Assembly (NCBI GenBank): GCA_951406725.2
Contig: OX597835.1
Span: 31,000,001-31,064,000 of the forward strand
Direction: 5' to 3'
DNA length: 64,000 nt
From: Octopus vulgaris
Taxonomy: Eukaryota
Shown here: piece by piece, positions 31,224-47,245 of the stretch
Numbering within the stretch: position 1 is the first letter of the stretch
How the letters are laid out: each line of letters starts with the position of its first letter
Notes under the pieces: model-generated
The model's database searches: none
What the model saw: the letters and a program-made list of their open reading frames with translations, nothing else
Told to the model about the DNA's origin: nothing
Program-made: the position numbers and the translations under genes

Positions 31224-31798
31224 CAAGGGATTGCTAAAAAGTTTCTGACTTTAAAAGTATCAAATAATGCCTGGTTGGAGGCCCATACGAGTTTTTTACA
31301 GGGCTAAGAAAATCTGACGGACTGCAGCAATAAATGAGTGAATCTGAGAGGGGAATATCTCTATATATATAAACGGCAAAATGTCTGCGTGTGTGCCCTT
31401 TCTACAAATCCACAATTTTTCAGTTAAAGGGCTCGCACTTTCTATGGTCATTCAAAACCGTCCAAGAGTGGTGGTGCACATGTTTACATTTCCCCAGTCA
31501 CCCCACAAAGTCATTAAAATATAAATAGATGTGACTTTTTGCGAATTTTCTATCCAAAACCCAATCAAAATGGCTGAAATTTGATACGCCAATTGAATGC
31601 CAGCTAGCTGCATGTGATTGGTCAGAGACTTGGACAGTACTCGCGTGTATGTGCGCACGCACGCAGCTGTATATGTATGTACTAGCACTATAACACGGCG
31701 TTGCCGGGTCATAGTACATGTGTTATATAAAATCATAATTAACTGATCCTCCAGTATTTTCTTTATCCAAAGCCAAGAACGTTTCTGCCGCCCCCTCA
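31224..31798 (+). mobile_element. Mariner-derived MITE interrupted by a Helitron
   Basis: TIRs CAAGGGATTGCTAAAAAGTTTCTGACTTT / AAAGCCAAGAACGTTTCTGCCGCCCCCTCA, TA flanks; transposase end remnant VNLRGEY. Confidence 0.7.
31358..31720 (+). mobile_element. Non-autonomous Helitron
   Basis: Starts TCTCTATATATATAAA; subterminal hairpin CGGC-GTT-GCCG; ends CATG (CTAG variant); inserted between A and T with no TSD. Confidence 0.75.
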
Positions 31799-32297
31799 TA
31801 TATGTATGAGTGTGGGTGGGTGTTTGTGTGCTCTTGTCGGTGTGTATTTATATACGAAAAACATAGTTATAATGTAAAACGCTCACTTCGCAACAACGCA
31901 GTGTTTTTCTCGCTTCCCCTTTGCCTGACATCTTCCGCAAGTTTCTATGAAATGGGTCTGGGTGTACAATAAAAGAAAGGAAACTACTATACTGCTACTG
32001 CAGTTACGTAATCATGGGGGTGGTTTGCGGAAACGCGTATGTCCTATAAAGCATTGAGAACGATTTTCTATATTTCTTCTATATTTCGTTTGCCGTGCTC
32101 CAGCATGGTTACAATTAACATGTTGCATGAACACCTATATCTCAACGCAGTTCTCATGCCTCGAGTGACGCAGTGAGAACTTCGAATTACAGGTCAGATC
32201 GATTTTATTGAATTAGTATAGATTTCGGAAAAACCTTTCATCGATCGAGACCGTAGTAAAAACACATTCAATTTTGAAATAAGCCTATAGTTTAACT

Positions 32298-32498
32298 CAG
32301 TGATTTTCAGACTTTTTACTGGAGCGGAACATCAAGGAAACATTCCACTGGCTCGAGGAACCCCTGTGCAATAATTTAATAGTCTTATGCACACATATCT
32401 GCACAGGAGACTTAAAAATTACTGCCGATTTTAGCAGTTTTGTAACTTCCTGCGGAACCCCTGGACTGTACTGGCGGAACCCTGGTTGAAAACCACTG
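32298..32498. mobile_element. hAT (Charlie-like) MITE, 201 bp
   Basis: TIRs CAGTGATTTTCA / TGAAAACCACTG and exact 8-bp TSD GTTTAACT at 32290-32297 and 32499-32506. Confidence 0.9.
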
Positions 32499-32634
32499 GT
32501 TTAACTGGCCAAAACTTCGAAGTCACTGTCCATATAATATTCTTGTTTAAGAAAAATAAATTTGCACTCTACATAAGTATAGGTTAACCCGACACATTAA
32601 TGCAAAATGGCTCGTATTTTAAATAAACATCAAA

Positions 32635-32856
32635 ATGCGGCGAAAGGATAGTATCGTTAATGTGCTAATACTGCTAATCGTAGCGATTAGCGGTATTTCG
32701 CCCGTCGTACGTTCTGAACGCAAATTCCGCCGAGGTCGACTTTACCTTTTATCTTCTCGGCGTCGATAAATTAAATACCAGTTGAGTACTCGGGTCGATG
32801 TAATCGATGCACTCCTCCCTCAAATTTCAGACCTTGTGCCTATAATAGAAAGGATT
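32635..32856 (+). mobile_element. SINE family B
   Basis: TTAGCGGTATTTCG...AAATTCCGCCGAGGTCGACTTT...GGGTCGATGTAATCGA. Confidence 0.8.
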
Positions 32857-32954
32857 ACAACTAAACATAAAAACAAATATTAATATGTACGTGTATTGAT
32901 GTATACTTCGTGTTACGCTAAGAGGCGGTGCGCGGACTTCAAATATTACAGGAA

Positions 32955-33105
32955 GAGAATTCACCAAAAACAACAAAAAAACATGAAGACAGGTGGTGTA
33001 CACAACAAACAGATGTATTAGTATAACGCTCAGGAAGTGAAAAAGTCTTTAACGGAACACAGAAAGAAACATGGAAAGAAAATAAAGAATGTGTAGTGGC
33101 TGTTT
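32955..33105 (-). mobile_element. PLE-2 terminal repeat lacking the hammerhead segment
   Basis: GAAGACAGGTGGTGTA...AAAAGTCTTTAACG joined directly to GAACACAGAAAG. Confidence 0.6.
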
Positions 33106-33132
33106 GATCTGAGTTCATTATTGGTTTCAGGT

Positions 33133-33322
33133 ATTTGCACAAGGCCAGTAATTTCGGGGGAAGAGGTAAGTGGATCCCAATACTCTACTGCTACATATTT
33201 TTACCGACTTCGAAAGGATGATACCAAAGTGAAACTTCGTTGAATTTGAACCCAGAACGCGGAGGCGAAAATCATGCCACGAAACATTTTGCCCGGAGTG
33301 CTAACGTTTCTGCTAGCTCACC
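33133..33322 (-). mobile_element. SINE family B, diverged
   Basis: CGAAAGGATG...GAATTTGAACCCAGAACG...GTGCTAACGTTTCTGCTAGCTCACC. Confidence 0.8.
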
Positions 33323-33400
33323 ACAAACATACCTACATACATATTACAAACACACGCACACACACACACATATATATATATATACATACATATATCTATA

Positions 33401-33487
<87 letters not shown>

Positions 33488-33569
33488 GTATATATGTGTA
33501 TATATATATATATATGTGTGTGTGTATATCTATATATATGTGTATATATGTATATATATACACACACAC

Positions 33570-33600
<31 letters not shown>

Positions 33601-33944
33601 GACATAAGAAAGCGATAATGAAAATAATCCAAAGTATAGAAATGTTAGCACACACGTGCGTGCGCACACACACACCTGCATACATACATATATACATACA
33701 TACATACATACATACATACATACATACATACATACATACATACATACATACATACATACATAAACGAAACAAATATTTAAATTCTCTCTTAAAACAAAGC
33801 AACATTAATGGACGAAAAGAAAAATCGATAAAGAAACGAGAAGGAAACGAATGAAAGCACTTGTAAACGAAGCAAGAGAGATCGAAACAGAGAGAGAATG
33901 ATGGAGAGATGAAAGAGAGAGAGAAAGAGAGAGAGATTGAATAC

Positions 33945-34330
33945 GGGATGAATGAGAAAAGGAAGGATATCAAGGCAGAATGTGGAACTGGTAAAAGAAA
34001 GGAAGAAAAGGAGAATGACAAAATGAATGAAGGATAAATGAATGAGAGAAGGTGAAAGAGGTTGAATATATGAAGTGTGTGTAAAAGAAAGGAAGGATCG
34101 ATGTTAGTGAGGAATGAGCAGAGGATAGAAGGAAGGAAGGAAGAATGGGAGAATGAATGAAAGACAGATGGAATACTTGAAGAATGAGTAAATCACTGAA
34201 AGAAAGGGAAGGATATCAGGGCAAAATGTGGAAAAGATAGGAGAAAGGAAGAACGGGAGAATGACAGTATGAATAAAGGTTAGAGAAGGAAAAAGAGATT
34301 GAATATATACAGAGAGTGTGTCAAAGAAAG
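33945..34330 (+). repeat. Duplicated purine-rich unit (~250-bp spacing)
   Basis: GGAAGGATATCA-GGCA-AATGTGGAA...GGAGAATGACA...TTGAATATAT at ~33961 and ~34207. Confidence 0.7.
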
Positions 34331-34959
34331 AAATTATAGATGTTCAAGAGGAATGAGCAAAAAATACAAAAATGAAGGTAGAGAGAGAGAGAGAGAGAGA
34401 GAGAGTGGAAGAAGGACATACAGAATACATGAAAAATGAGCGAAAGAAAGAAGGGAAGAAAAGAATAATTGTGTAGAATTCGCAAAAGATATATGAAATG
34501 AAGAATGAAAGAATGAAAGATGAATGAAAGAGAGAATGAAAAAAAGACTAATAGAATGCATAACGAATAAGCAAAACAAAGAAAGAAAGAAAGAGATGGA
34601 TATTAATTAGGAAAAGGATGAGCGAAGAATATAGAAAATGAAGAACGAGACAATGAGAGAATGAGAGAAAGAGATAAAGATAACAATCGAATGAAAATCA
34701 AATTTATAGAAAGAGATATAGAAGGAGAAAGAACCAAAAGGCGTCAAAGACAAGAAGAAAGACGGCAAGTTGGGAAGTAGAGAAGAGGGAGGGAAGGAGG
34801 GGGATAGAATGAAGGAAGGGAAGAAGGAAAATAGGAAGGAAGATATAAATTCGAAGTAAAGTGTAAGATAAAGAGAAATATAATGTATCTCTCTTTAAAA
34901 TCTGTCCAGAATCGACCAACGCTGTTTTATCATAAAACTTTCATTCTGGTGATGAATTG

Positions 34960-34983
34960 CAATGACGATGATAAGCTTATGGC

Positions 34984-35014
<31 letters not shown>

Positions 35015-35057
35015 CAAATCATTATTATCATCATAGTTGTTGTTGTTGTTGTTATTC

Positions 35058-35139
<82 letters not shown>

Positions 35140-35175
35140 TATTATTATTACTATTATCATTACTGTTGTTATTGA

Positions 35176-35272
<97 letters not shown>

Positions 35273-35352
35273 TATCATTACTGTTGTTATGATCATTATT
35301 ATTATCATTATTATTATCATTATTATTATTATTATTATTATCATCATCATCA

Positions 35353-35383
<31 letters not shown>

Positions 35384-35802
35384 CATCATTATTATCATTA
35401 TTACTGTTGTTATCATTATTATTATCATTATTACTATTATTATTATTACTATTATTGTTGTCGCTGTTAATGTTATGAAAATGATGTTGGTGGTTATGGC
35501 GTCGATGTTTTTGTTGTTGTTGTAAGAGGTGGTGGTGGTAGCAGTGATGTGCATGATAATGATGCTGAGGAGGAAGATGAGGTGGAGGAGGAGATGAGAC
35601 AACGGTAAGGATGAGGATGGTGATTGCGATGATGACGACAACGACGACGACGACGACGATGACGATGACGATGATGATGACGAAGAGGATGACGATGAAG
35701 ACGACTACTACGACAACGACGGCGACGACGATGGTGATGACGATGATGACGATGATGTTGACGACGGCGACAACAACTTAGTCGATGACGATGGTGATGA
35801 TA

Positions 35803-35834
<32 letters not shown>

Positions 35835-35845
35835 GATGACGATAA
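34960..35845. repeat. (ATT)n/(GAT)n/(GAC)n microsatellite block
   Basis: Directly visible. Confidence 0.95.
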
Positions 35846-36252
35846 TCGCATCATGAATATAAGAATAAAAAGAAAAACAGCAAGACCAACAATAAATTGT
35901 GGAATACGGAATAATAATAGCATTTTATTTTCAATGAGAGTTTATGTTAAACGAGAATTGAATTTATTGCTTCGGAAGTTGGCAATTTATAAACGGGTAA
36001 TAAGAATAAAAGATGGGAAGAGAGGGAGAGAAAGAGAGAGAGAGGGAGAGAGGGAGGGAGGGAGGGAAGAAGAAGAAGAAGAAGAATGTGTTAAAGAAGA
36101 AGAGAAGAGGAGGAAGGGGGAGGAGGGGTAGTAGAGGATGTAAATGGTCATAAAGATAACAAATAAATAATAAATAAAACTCATGAATTTGAAATGAAAG
36201 AGAAAATCTGAAATGTACTTAGAGAAAAACCAAAAGAAAAAGCCATGTCGGT

Positions 36253-36320
<68 letters not shown>

Positions 36321-36469
36321 TACAACGATAATGGTAGGAACTATTAAACAATACTACTGATGTGACCTCGTTTGACACAAATAGTTCTCAAGACGAAAGA
36401 AGTGATTGCTGCTGCTGCTTCGGCTACTAAATCTAATAATAATAATTATAATAAGGACAATGTTTTCAA

Positions 36470-36645
36470 ATATTGGCGCAAGGCCAGCAATGTGGAGATA
36501 TGGCTAGGTCGATTACATCGATCTCAACGCTCAACTGGTATTAACTTTATGGGCCCCGAGAAGATGCAAGGCAAAGTCGACCTGGGCGGAATTAGAACGT
36601 AAAGACGGACGAAATGCCGCTAACGATTCTGCCAGCTCACCGCCT
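36470..36645 (-). mobile_element. SINE family B, diverged
   Basis: AAGGCAAAGTCGACCTGGGCGGAATT...GCTAACGATTCTGCCAGCTCACCGCC. Confidence 0.8.
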
Positions 36646-36662
36646 TAAAGATGTTGATAATC

Positions 36663-37250
36663 TTTTTTTTTTTGTCGAAAAGGGCCGAACGCAAAACAAA
36701 AAGGAACTATACAAAACTAGGGGCAAATGGGGCTTAGCATAAAATAATTGTATACAATAACAACAATAACAATTAAAAGTTTTAAGCATTAAAATTCTTC
36801 AAAAGTGCGGAGTTCCTTCAGGACCAATCACGATAAAGGTACAACTTGATTACCCCGACTGCCACAGGTACATCAAGCAGGGGCATCTCTCTCCTCCTCA
36901 GCACCTCCGGTTTACAAGCATATGTTCAGTGTAGGCCCATGCACACAGGCCGAAGAGGATAGTATTTGTTTGTAGCCCTTTCAACTTCGTCCACCATACT
37001 ACCTCTTTCACCATAAACCCCAGGGAGGCGGCAGAGCTATCATCACGATGGACTTCGTTGATAACCTGATGCATCCTACACGCGACAACTCATCAAATTC
37101 CACTAATCAGCAATGCCCGGACACTGAATGAGCGCATGGAGAACCGAATCATTGCCCTGCGCACATCTCGGACAGGTCCGTCTGACTGCACTTTTGTACC
37201 TGCCTGTAGGGCTTGTCTCGAAACGGCAGAGCATCCCGGTTGCATGGGTA
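36663..37250 (-). mobile_element. Tx1/L1-clade LINE 3' end with poly(A) tail
   Basis: Minus-strand RDALPFRDKPYR, TCPRCAQGNDSVLHALIQC (zf-RVT CCHC), MVKEVVWWTKLKG; T-run at 36663-36673. Confidence 0.8.
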
Positions 37251-37975
37251 ATAATGACAGGTAAGTAAAGAACATCAATAAAGTGACACCAAAACTAGAA
37301 AGTTACAGATGAAAGAGATGAACCACGTGAAAGTGGGTTCACCAGACTATAACTTCCAGGAGCTTTTGCTTGACGGAACTTAGTTCAACATGAACAGATT
37401 TTTATGATTAGCACTTTTGACAAAAACATAAGATACACTCCTGCGTATTGTACAAGATATACTCGATTACTTATGAAACATGTCGTTTTAAGAATGTTAC
37501 TGATATCCTAAAGACCCAAGCAGCAAAACAAACAGGAATGCAAACGACCATGCTGTTTCAAATGCAGAAAACTTGGGTGACAAGGTAAAGTACACAAATG
37601 TCCCTAAACAGAGGCAGACTTTTGACATTGACTAAGTGAAAATACACTAACGGCTTAAGGACCGAAAGCAGAAACAGAAGATGTGATAATCACTGCTTAA
37701 GAATTGAGTCTCGCAGCGAGATGTGATCATACTTGCATCAACCAGGATGAAACGGATTTAACCACAATGCAGGTTTGTGAAAATTATGATCAAACCATCG
37801 ATCATATTGTGTCTGGAAGCTTATAACAAGAAGAGGACGAATAAATCTGCAACTATATGAAGGCAGCGGTGTATCTCGATTGGAAAATATGAGGAATTGA
37901 GGAACGGAATGAACAATAGACAATAGTCACTGACAGAAATGATGTCACCATCCACTGGGATATGTCCATCTAGAC

Positions 37976-38564
37976 CAGCGTTTCCAAACTATTTATTACT
38001 TATGGATCCCTTTCATTCCTGTTTTACGCAGATGGACCCTTCTACCCATTGGAATTTGAACCAATAAATTCCTAGATGTAAGGACATAAATCTACCAAAA
38101 CCGGTTGTCAAGTGATGATGGGGAGGACAAGCACAGGCTCAAAAACATACATACATAGATATATAAACACACACACACATATATATAAAGCCAAATCCAT
38201 AGAATTGGCCAATTAGAAGGTGATTACAATGGGCGGTGTAGGTTCAAGGCTAAAACATATAAAAGAATAAAAGAATATATACACTGGCTTCTTTCAATTT
38301 TCGTCTACCAAATCAACTCACAAGGATCTGGCCCGTCCATAGCTATAGTAGAAGACATCTGCCCTAGGTGCCACGCAGTGGAATTGAACATAAAATCATG
38401 TGGTTGGAAAGCAAGCATCTTACCACACATCCACGCCTTATTAACATGTTTTATGTATTGTAGAAGTGTAACGAATTAGTTGCAGATAAATTTTAATAAC
38501 AAAATCTTAAATGGACCCCCAACACCCAGGGTCATATGGAACCCGGTTCATATGATGTACACTG
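37976..38564. mobile_element. Old hAT-like MITE with a nested SINE A (38080-38437, minus strand)
   Basis: Ends CAGCGTTTCCAAAC / ...CACTG; degenerate TSD ATCTAGAC vs ATCTACTC; internal GGACCC repeats. Confidence 0.55.
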
Positions 38565-38670
38565 ATCTACTCTGAGAGAACGGTACAAGAGAACATGCCT
38601 GACATCGTTTTCAAGGACTAGGAAGACAGATGATATATACTTATCATCGTTACCCTACATTCCCAAATGA

Positions 38671-38895
38671 GGCGAGCTGGCAGAATCGTTAGCACGCCGG
38701 GTGAACTGCTTAGCGGTATTTCGTCTGTCTTTACGTTCTGAGTTCAAATTCCGCCGAGGTCGACTTTGCCTTTTATCCTTTCGGGGTCGATTAAATAAGT
38801 ACCAGTTACGCACTGGGGTCGATATAATCGACTTAATCTGTTTGTCTGTCCTTGTTTGTCCTCTCTGTGTTTAGTCCCGTGTGGGCAATAAAGAG
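38671..38895 (+). mobile_element. SINE family B, full length
   Basis: GGCGAGCTGGCAGAATCGTTAGCACGCCGG...GAGTTCAAATTCC...TCCTTTCGGGGTCGATTAAATAAGTACCAG (Meta-domain-like, from memory). Confidence 0.9.
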
Positions 38896-39164
38896 ATTAA
38901 TTTCTATAAATGAAAAAGAGAAAAGCTGATGAAGTACAAAGAACTGGAGATCGAAACCATCGGGATGTCGAATAGGAAAAACTCCATAATACCAGCGGTT
39001 ACTTGAATACTGGTGCACCTGGAAAGATGGGAATGGAAATGTTCCTTATTCGTATCCAGGAAAACTGTACTGTTTATGCAGTCCGGAAGATCACTAAGTT
39101 CGGAATGGGTTCTGTGCTATGGATAGTGTTATCAATCCTGACATCATTACAGTGTCTTAGGTCT

Positions 39165-39758
39165 ACTACGACAACGACGATGATGATGATGAAAAGGCCG
39201 ATGATGATGATGATGATGACGATGATGATGAAGGCAACGATGACGACGATGATAATGACTGTAGCTTACGACAGTTATGAAAGCGATGTTGATGATGATG
39301 AAGGTGACAACAACGATGATGATGGTGACGATGCTGACGACGACGACGATAACTATAACGATGATGATGTTCATGATGATGATGATGACGATGATGATGA
39401 GAATGATGAAAACGGTGACGACGATGATCATGACGACGACGATGATCATGACGACGACGATGATGAGGAGGAAAATGACAAAGATGATGACAATGACGAC
39501 GTTGATTATGAAGACGAAGATGGTGATGATGATGAGGAGGATGAGGATGATGACGACGATGATGATGATTACGACGATGATGATGATGAGGAGGAGGTGG
39601 ACGAGGCGGAGGAGGAGGTGGAGGAGGACGACGACGACGATGAGGATTATGATGAGGATGATGACTATGGTATCGAAGATGATGGTGATGATGATATGAG
39701 GAGGAGGCTGTAGCTGACGATGATAACCATGACTGTGATGATGCTTATGACTATGATA

Positions 39759-39794
<36 letters not shown>

Positions 39795-39890
39795 CTATTG
39801 ATGATGATGATGATGATGATGCTGATGATGATGATGATGGGGACAATGAGAATGATGATGATAAGGAAGAGGGAGATGACAACGACGCCG
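39165..39890. repeat. (GAT/GAC/GAG)n low-complexity block
   Basis: Directly visible. Confidence 0.92.
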
Positions 39891-40419
39891 GGGAAAGAGA
39901 AAGCAAAGAAAAAACAATGAAGAGTTAGAAGCGAGACGAGAGGATGTGAGAAAGGGGAAGACGGGGTGACGGGGTGACTGGGAGATGGAAGAAAAATACT
40001 GTGGATGATAAATGTCTGTGATCATGCTTATCTCTGCGAGATTACGTTTGATAAAACGAAACACGTTCGCTAAAATAATAACAATTGACGTTGGAAACTA
40101 TAAAATTTTACAGCAAGACAAATTAAGGACGAATAAATAAATCACAACATATACATCTTCGCTTATAAATGCCATAATTTTGTTTTTTGTATTAAATATG
40201 TATGTGTATGAACAACAGTTATGTTTTGTGTGGAGGGTTTTGTTGTTCAGTGATGTTGGTCTTGTTGTTGTTGTTGTTGTTGTTGTTGCTGTTGTTGTTG
40301 TTGCTGTTGTTGTTGTTGTTGTTGTTGTTGATGTGGTTCGCGTTTATGGACATCGTTTGACATCGTTAGTGAGATTTGTGTGTTTGCATCTCCTACTTTT
40401 ATGCAAATATATGAACGTA

Positions 40420-43180
<2,761 letters not shown>

Positions 43181-43509
43181 AATTTATCGATGATTAATTA
43201 TTTGTCTAAATGTAAACTCTCTTTGAAAATTAGCTTCCGGTGATAGAGTTTAGTTTTCTTTTTCTGCTTTCGTTGTTTTGTTTTGTTTATTTCTTCTCTG
43301 TCATGCTGTGTTATTCTGAATTTTCTTTTCATTTCTTCTTCTTGATTTTCGTTCAACCTTTCTTTCGTTCGTTTTCTTTCTTTTACCTCTTTATTGTTCT
43401 ATTATTTTTTCCTTTCTTCTCAACAACTCTCCATTCCAATGTTCTTCATCTTCTTGTTGCTGTCCTCCTTTTGCGTTTTCTTGTTTCGCATGTCTTTATT
43501 GTAGCTGTT

Positions 43510-44030
43510 GGTTTTAGTTGTTGTTGTTGTTGTTGTTGTTGTTGTTCTTCTTCTTCTTCTTCTTCTTCTTCTTCTTCTTCTTCTTCTTCTTCTTCTTCTT
43601 CTTCTTTGTCTTCTTCTTCTTCTTCTTCTTTTTCTTCTCCTTCTTCTTCTTCTTCTTCTTCTTTGTCTTCTTCTTTTCTTCTTCTTCTTTGTCTTCTTCT
43701 CCTTCTTCTTCTTCTTCTTCTTCTTCTTCTTCTTCTTCTTCTTCTTCTTCTCCTTCTTCTTATAATCATCATCATTCTTCTTCCTCTTATTATTATTATC
43801 ATCCTCTTCCTCCACCCCCTCTTTCTTGTTCCTCTGCTTCTTCTTTTTCTTTTTCTTCTTCTTCTTCTTCTTCTTCTCTTCTTCTTCTTCTTCTTCTTCT
43901 TCTTCTACTACTACTACTTGTTCTTCTTTTTCTACATCATCGTCTTGTTCTTCTTCCCACCACAACCCAACACCACTACCACCACCACTAACACCACCAC
44001 TACCACCATTGCTTCCTCCTCCTCCTCCCC
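43510..44030. repeat. (GTT)n-(CTT)n block
   Basis: Directly visible. Confidence 0.95.
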
Positions 44031-44899
44031 CTTCCTTACTTTGATGCACATTATCTCATGTTGCCTTTTTCTTTTCTTCTTTTCCTTCACACACACATAC
44101 AGACGTTAACACATACAAATATATATATATATATATATATACTCACACATATACATACATACATATATATATGTATGTATATGTATGTATATGTACATAT
44201 ATATGTATACGTGTATGTATGTATGCATGTATATCTATTATACACACACACGCAACAAATAAACCTATCTATACTCAGGCGGTTCTTTTACGTCCAAGGA
44301 ACAGCGCATATAAATCGAATAGCACACCACATGCACGCATACACACACATACACACACATCTATGTTCACACACTCGCACATAACATTGGGGCATCAGTT
44401 GTCCACACACACACATACACGCGCATACAGTCATACACTCACTCACACTCACAGACACACATACACAAATACGTAAAGCGTCGGACATTAAATTTGCGGC
44501 CCTTAACAAAGCAATGAATCAAAATTGAATCAGATACGAGATTGAGTTTGAGAGAGTGAGAGATATTGTATGTGTGTGTGTGTATGTGTGTGTGTATGTG
44601 CATGAATGTATGTGTATGTAAGAGAGAGAGGGGGTGATACAGTGATACAGAGAGAGGCGGACAGACAGAGACAGAGAACGGGAGAGTAAGTGCGGAAAGA
44701 CATGGAAAGAATAACGAAGAGATATGGAAGAGGAAAGGAGAGCAAGGCGCTGGAAGGGCAACATAAAGATCTTGATAAGTGAACGCAGGATCTAATCGCA
44801 GTGAAATAGCCGTAAAAGTGTCATGTGACCCCCGAAATAATTGGGGATTTGTGTATGGCGGGAAAATTGTTATTTGCTACTTTGATAATGCTAACTTCG

Positions 44900-45357
44900 C
44901 CTGGTGGTGATGTTGCTGGTGGTGTTAGAATTGGTGTTGGTGGTGATGGTGGTGGTTGTGGTGGTGGTAGTGGTTGTAGTAATGGTGGTGGTTGTGGAGC
45001 TGCTAGTGGTGGTAGAATTCGTGGTGCTGGGGTGGTGGTGGTTGTATCTGTAGTCGTTGCTGTAGTGCTGGTGGTAGTGGTAGTTGTGTTAGACATTGCT
45101 GTGGTTTTGGTGCTCGTGGTTTTTGTATTAGTGAGGTGGTGTTGGTGGTCTCTGTGTTGACGCTATTACGCTATAGTGGCACAGAAGCGAGTGGCACTTG
45201 TGGTTGTCGTTGCTGCAGTGGTGGCTATCTTGGGCGTTGTTGTGGTTTTGGAGCTCGTACTGATTATATTAGAGGAAGTTGTGGTGTTTGTGTTGGTGCC
45301 AGTATTCGATAGTAATATAGAAGTGAGAGGCGCTTGTGATTGTCGATGTTGTAGTGT

Positions 45358-45417
<60 letters not shown>

Positions 45418-45427
45418 CAGCAGCAGC

Positions 45428-45474
<47 letters not shown>

Positions 45475-45581
45475 CAGCAGTAGCAGTAGTAGTAGTAACA
45501 GTAGCACCAGCAGCACTTGCGTAAGTAATAGTAGAAGTAGCAGCAGGAACAGCAGCAGCAGCAGCAGTAATAGTAGTAGTA

Positions 45582-45642
<61 letters not shown>

Positions 45643-45730
45643 AACCAAAAGTAGTAGGAGTAGTGGTATTAGTAGCAGTGTTAGTAGTAGTAGCTGTAGT
45701 GATGGTAGTGGTGGTGGTAAATGTATTGAT
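44900..45730. repeat. (GGT)n/(AGT)n/(AGC)n block
   Basis: Directly visible. Confidence 0.92.
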
Positions 45731-46584
45731 TGTAGTGTTCCGCGAGATCACAGAAATTGACAGAAAATCCAGATTAACAGCGATTATTGGTGTCACAACC
45801 GACCTCACTGCCACTATCGAAACATCCCAATACCTCTAGCACTACTACTGGCACCTCTAGCAGCACCACCTCTACTATCACCTTCCAAATCCACAATCAC
45901 CCACAACCACCACCATCACCAACCCCAAAACCATCAGAACCTTCACCCACAACCTTTCAATGCCAGAAAATCCCTACCATATCTGACTGCCGCCTCCAGG
46001 GCCACCACTGTTGTTGCGAACCCTTTCACCCTTACTTGTGCAACACCACTGCCATACAGTGGGACTGAATCCGGAACCACGTGGTTGGGAAGCAAACTTC
46101 GTTCCACATAGCCACGCCTGTATACTCCCTCTCTTCTCCCTCTCTCACTCCTCTCTCTCTCTTTCTCTCTGTATATATATATATATACATATGTGCATTT
46201 GTATACATATTACATACGTAGATACATACATTCATATTTACACATACATGTATACATGCACACACACACATATACATACATATATATATTTTATGTATGT
46301 ATATGTGTGTTTATCAAACGATGAATAGCTAACGCGAAAACCAATTGGTTCCGTTTCAGTCTCCTACCTTATTATTACTATTATTAACTTCTTATAATCA
46401 TCAATAATAATGACCTTTTTGACTGGTAATACTCTAAATGTATATATTTGTCACTACCTGTCATAAATAGCCTTTTTTCTATCTGCAATATGCATTTTCG
46501 TTTATTTTTTATATTTTAACCTTACATTTCCACGTGTATTTTATATTTTTTTCAAAACATATTTCTACTATATATATATATATA

Positions 46585-46730
46585 GGGAGATTTTACGAAA
46601 AAACAAAAGACGAAGACAAGTGGTGTACAAAACAAACATATTTATTAGTATAACGCTCAGGAATAAATCTTTTACGTTTCGAGCCTACGCTCTTTTACTG
46701 AAAGGGACACAGAAAAGAACAAGGAGAGAA
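46585..46730 (-). mobile_element. PLE-2 terminal repeat
   Basis: TTTTACGTTTCGAGCCTACGCTCT; follows (TA)n. Confidence 0.6.
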
Positions 46731-46731
46731 A

Positions 46732-47195
46732 GGTCATTCCATATATATATTATGCAATTTTTTAAAATTTCCTGAACTAAAAGTCGGAGGAGAACGGAGC
46801 AAACTACTTGAATCAACTTGCTATAAAAGAAGATGGTAATGTCACCTTCTCCTTATTCTTAGTGCAAGTTTTGATGAGTGCTGCTCAATTTTTAGCAGTT
46901 ATTTTTTTCAAAGCTATAATGGAAGTGACAAAGGAGCATATTTTGTTTTATGACTTCAATAAAGGCAACAACGCAACGGAAAGTGCGAGGTATTTTAACG
47001 CAGTTTATGGACATCGGACGATAAGTGTAAGCCTGTTTCAATGGTGGCTCCAGAAATTCCGATCCGGTAACTACAACCTAGAAGACGAGCCTCGTCCTGG
47101 AAGATCTGTAAAGATCGACGGTGACGTCCTGCTAAACCTGGTGGAAGAAAATCCCATCTTAACTGTTGAGGAACTAGCAGAGAAGCTTAGATTTG
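46732..47195 (+). pseudogene. Mariner 5' part with truncated transposase N-terminus (ATG ~46920)
   Basis: MEVTKEHILFYDFNKGNNATESARYFNAVYG...QKFRSGNYNLEDEPRPGRS...LAEKL (Mos1/SETMAR-type HTH); same family as 28705. Confidence 0.9.
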
Positions 47196-47245
47196 TGTCA
47201 TCTCAACTTACCAAGAATTGCTAGAAATAAAGTTGCAAATATAAA

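Larger units (their letters stand above)
37280..39145 (+). mobile_element. Degenerate R4/Dong-like LINE 3' region (zinc finger plus restriction-like endonuclease), split by three insertions
   Basis: Peptide remnants KAETEDVII, QTIDHIVSG, VTIHWDM, NMPDIVFKD, EKLMKYKELEIE, VRKITKFG...IVLSI in the expected order. Confidence 0.7.

Noticed and set aside
39003-39713. 236-aa acidic ORF resembling a biomineralisation or nucleolin-like protein
   Set aside because: The N-terminus is the R4-like LINE end and the rest is (GAT/GAC)n repeat
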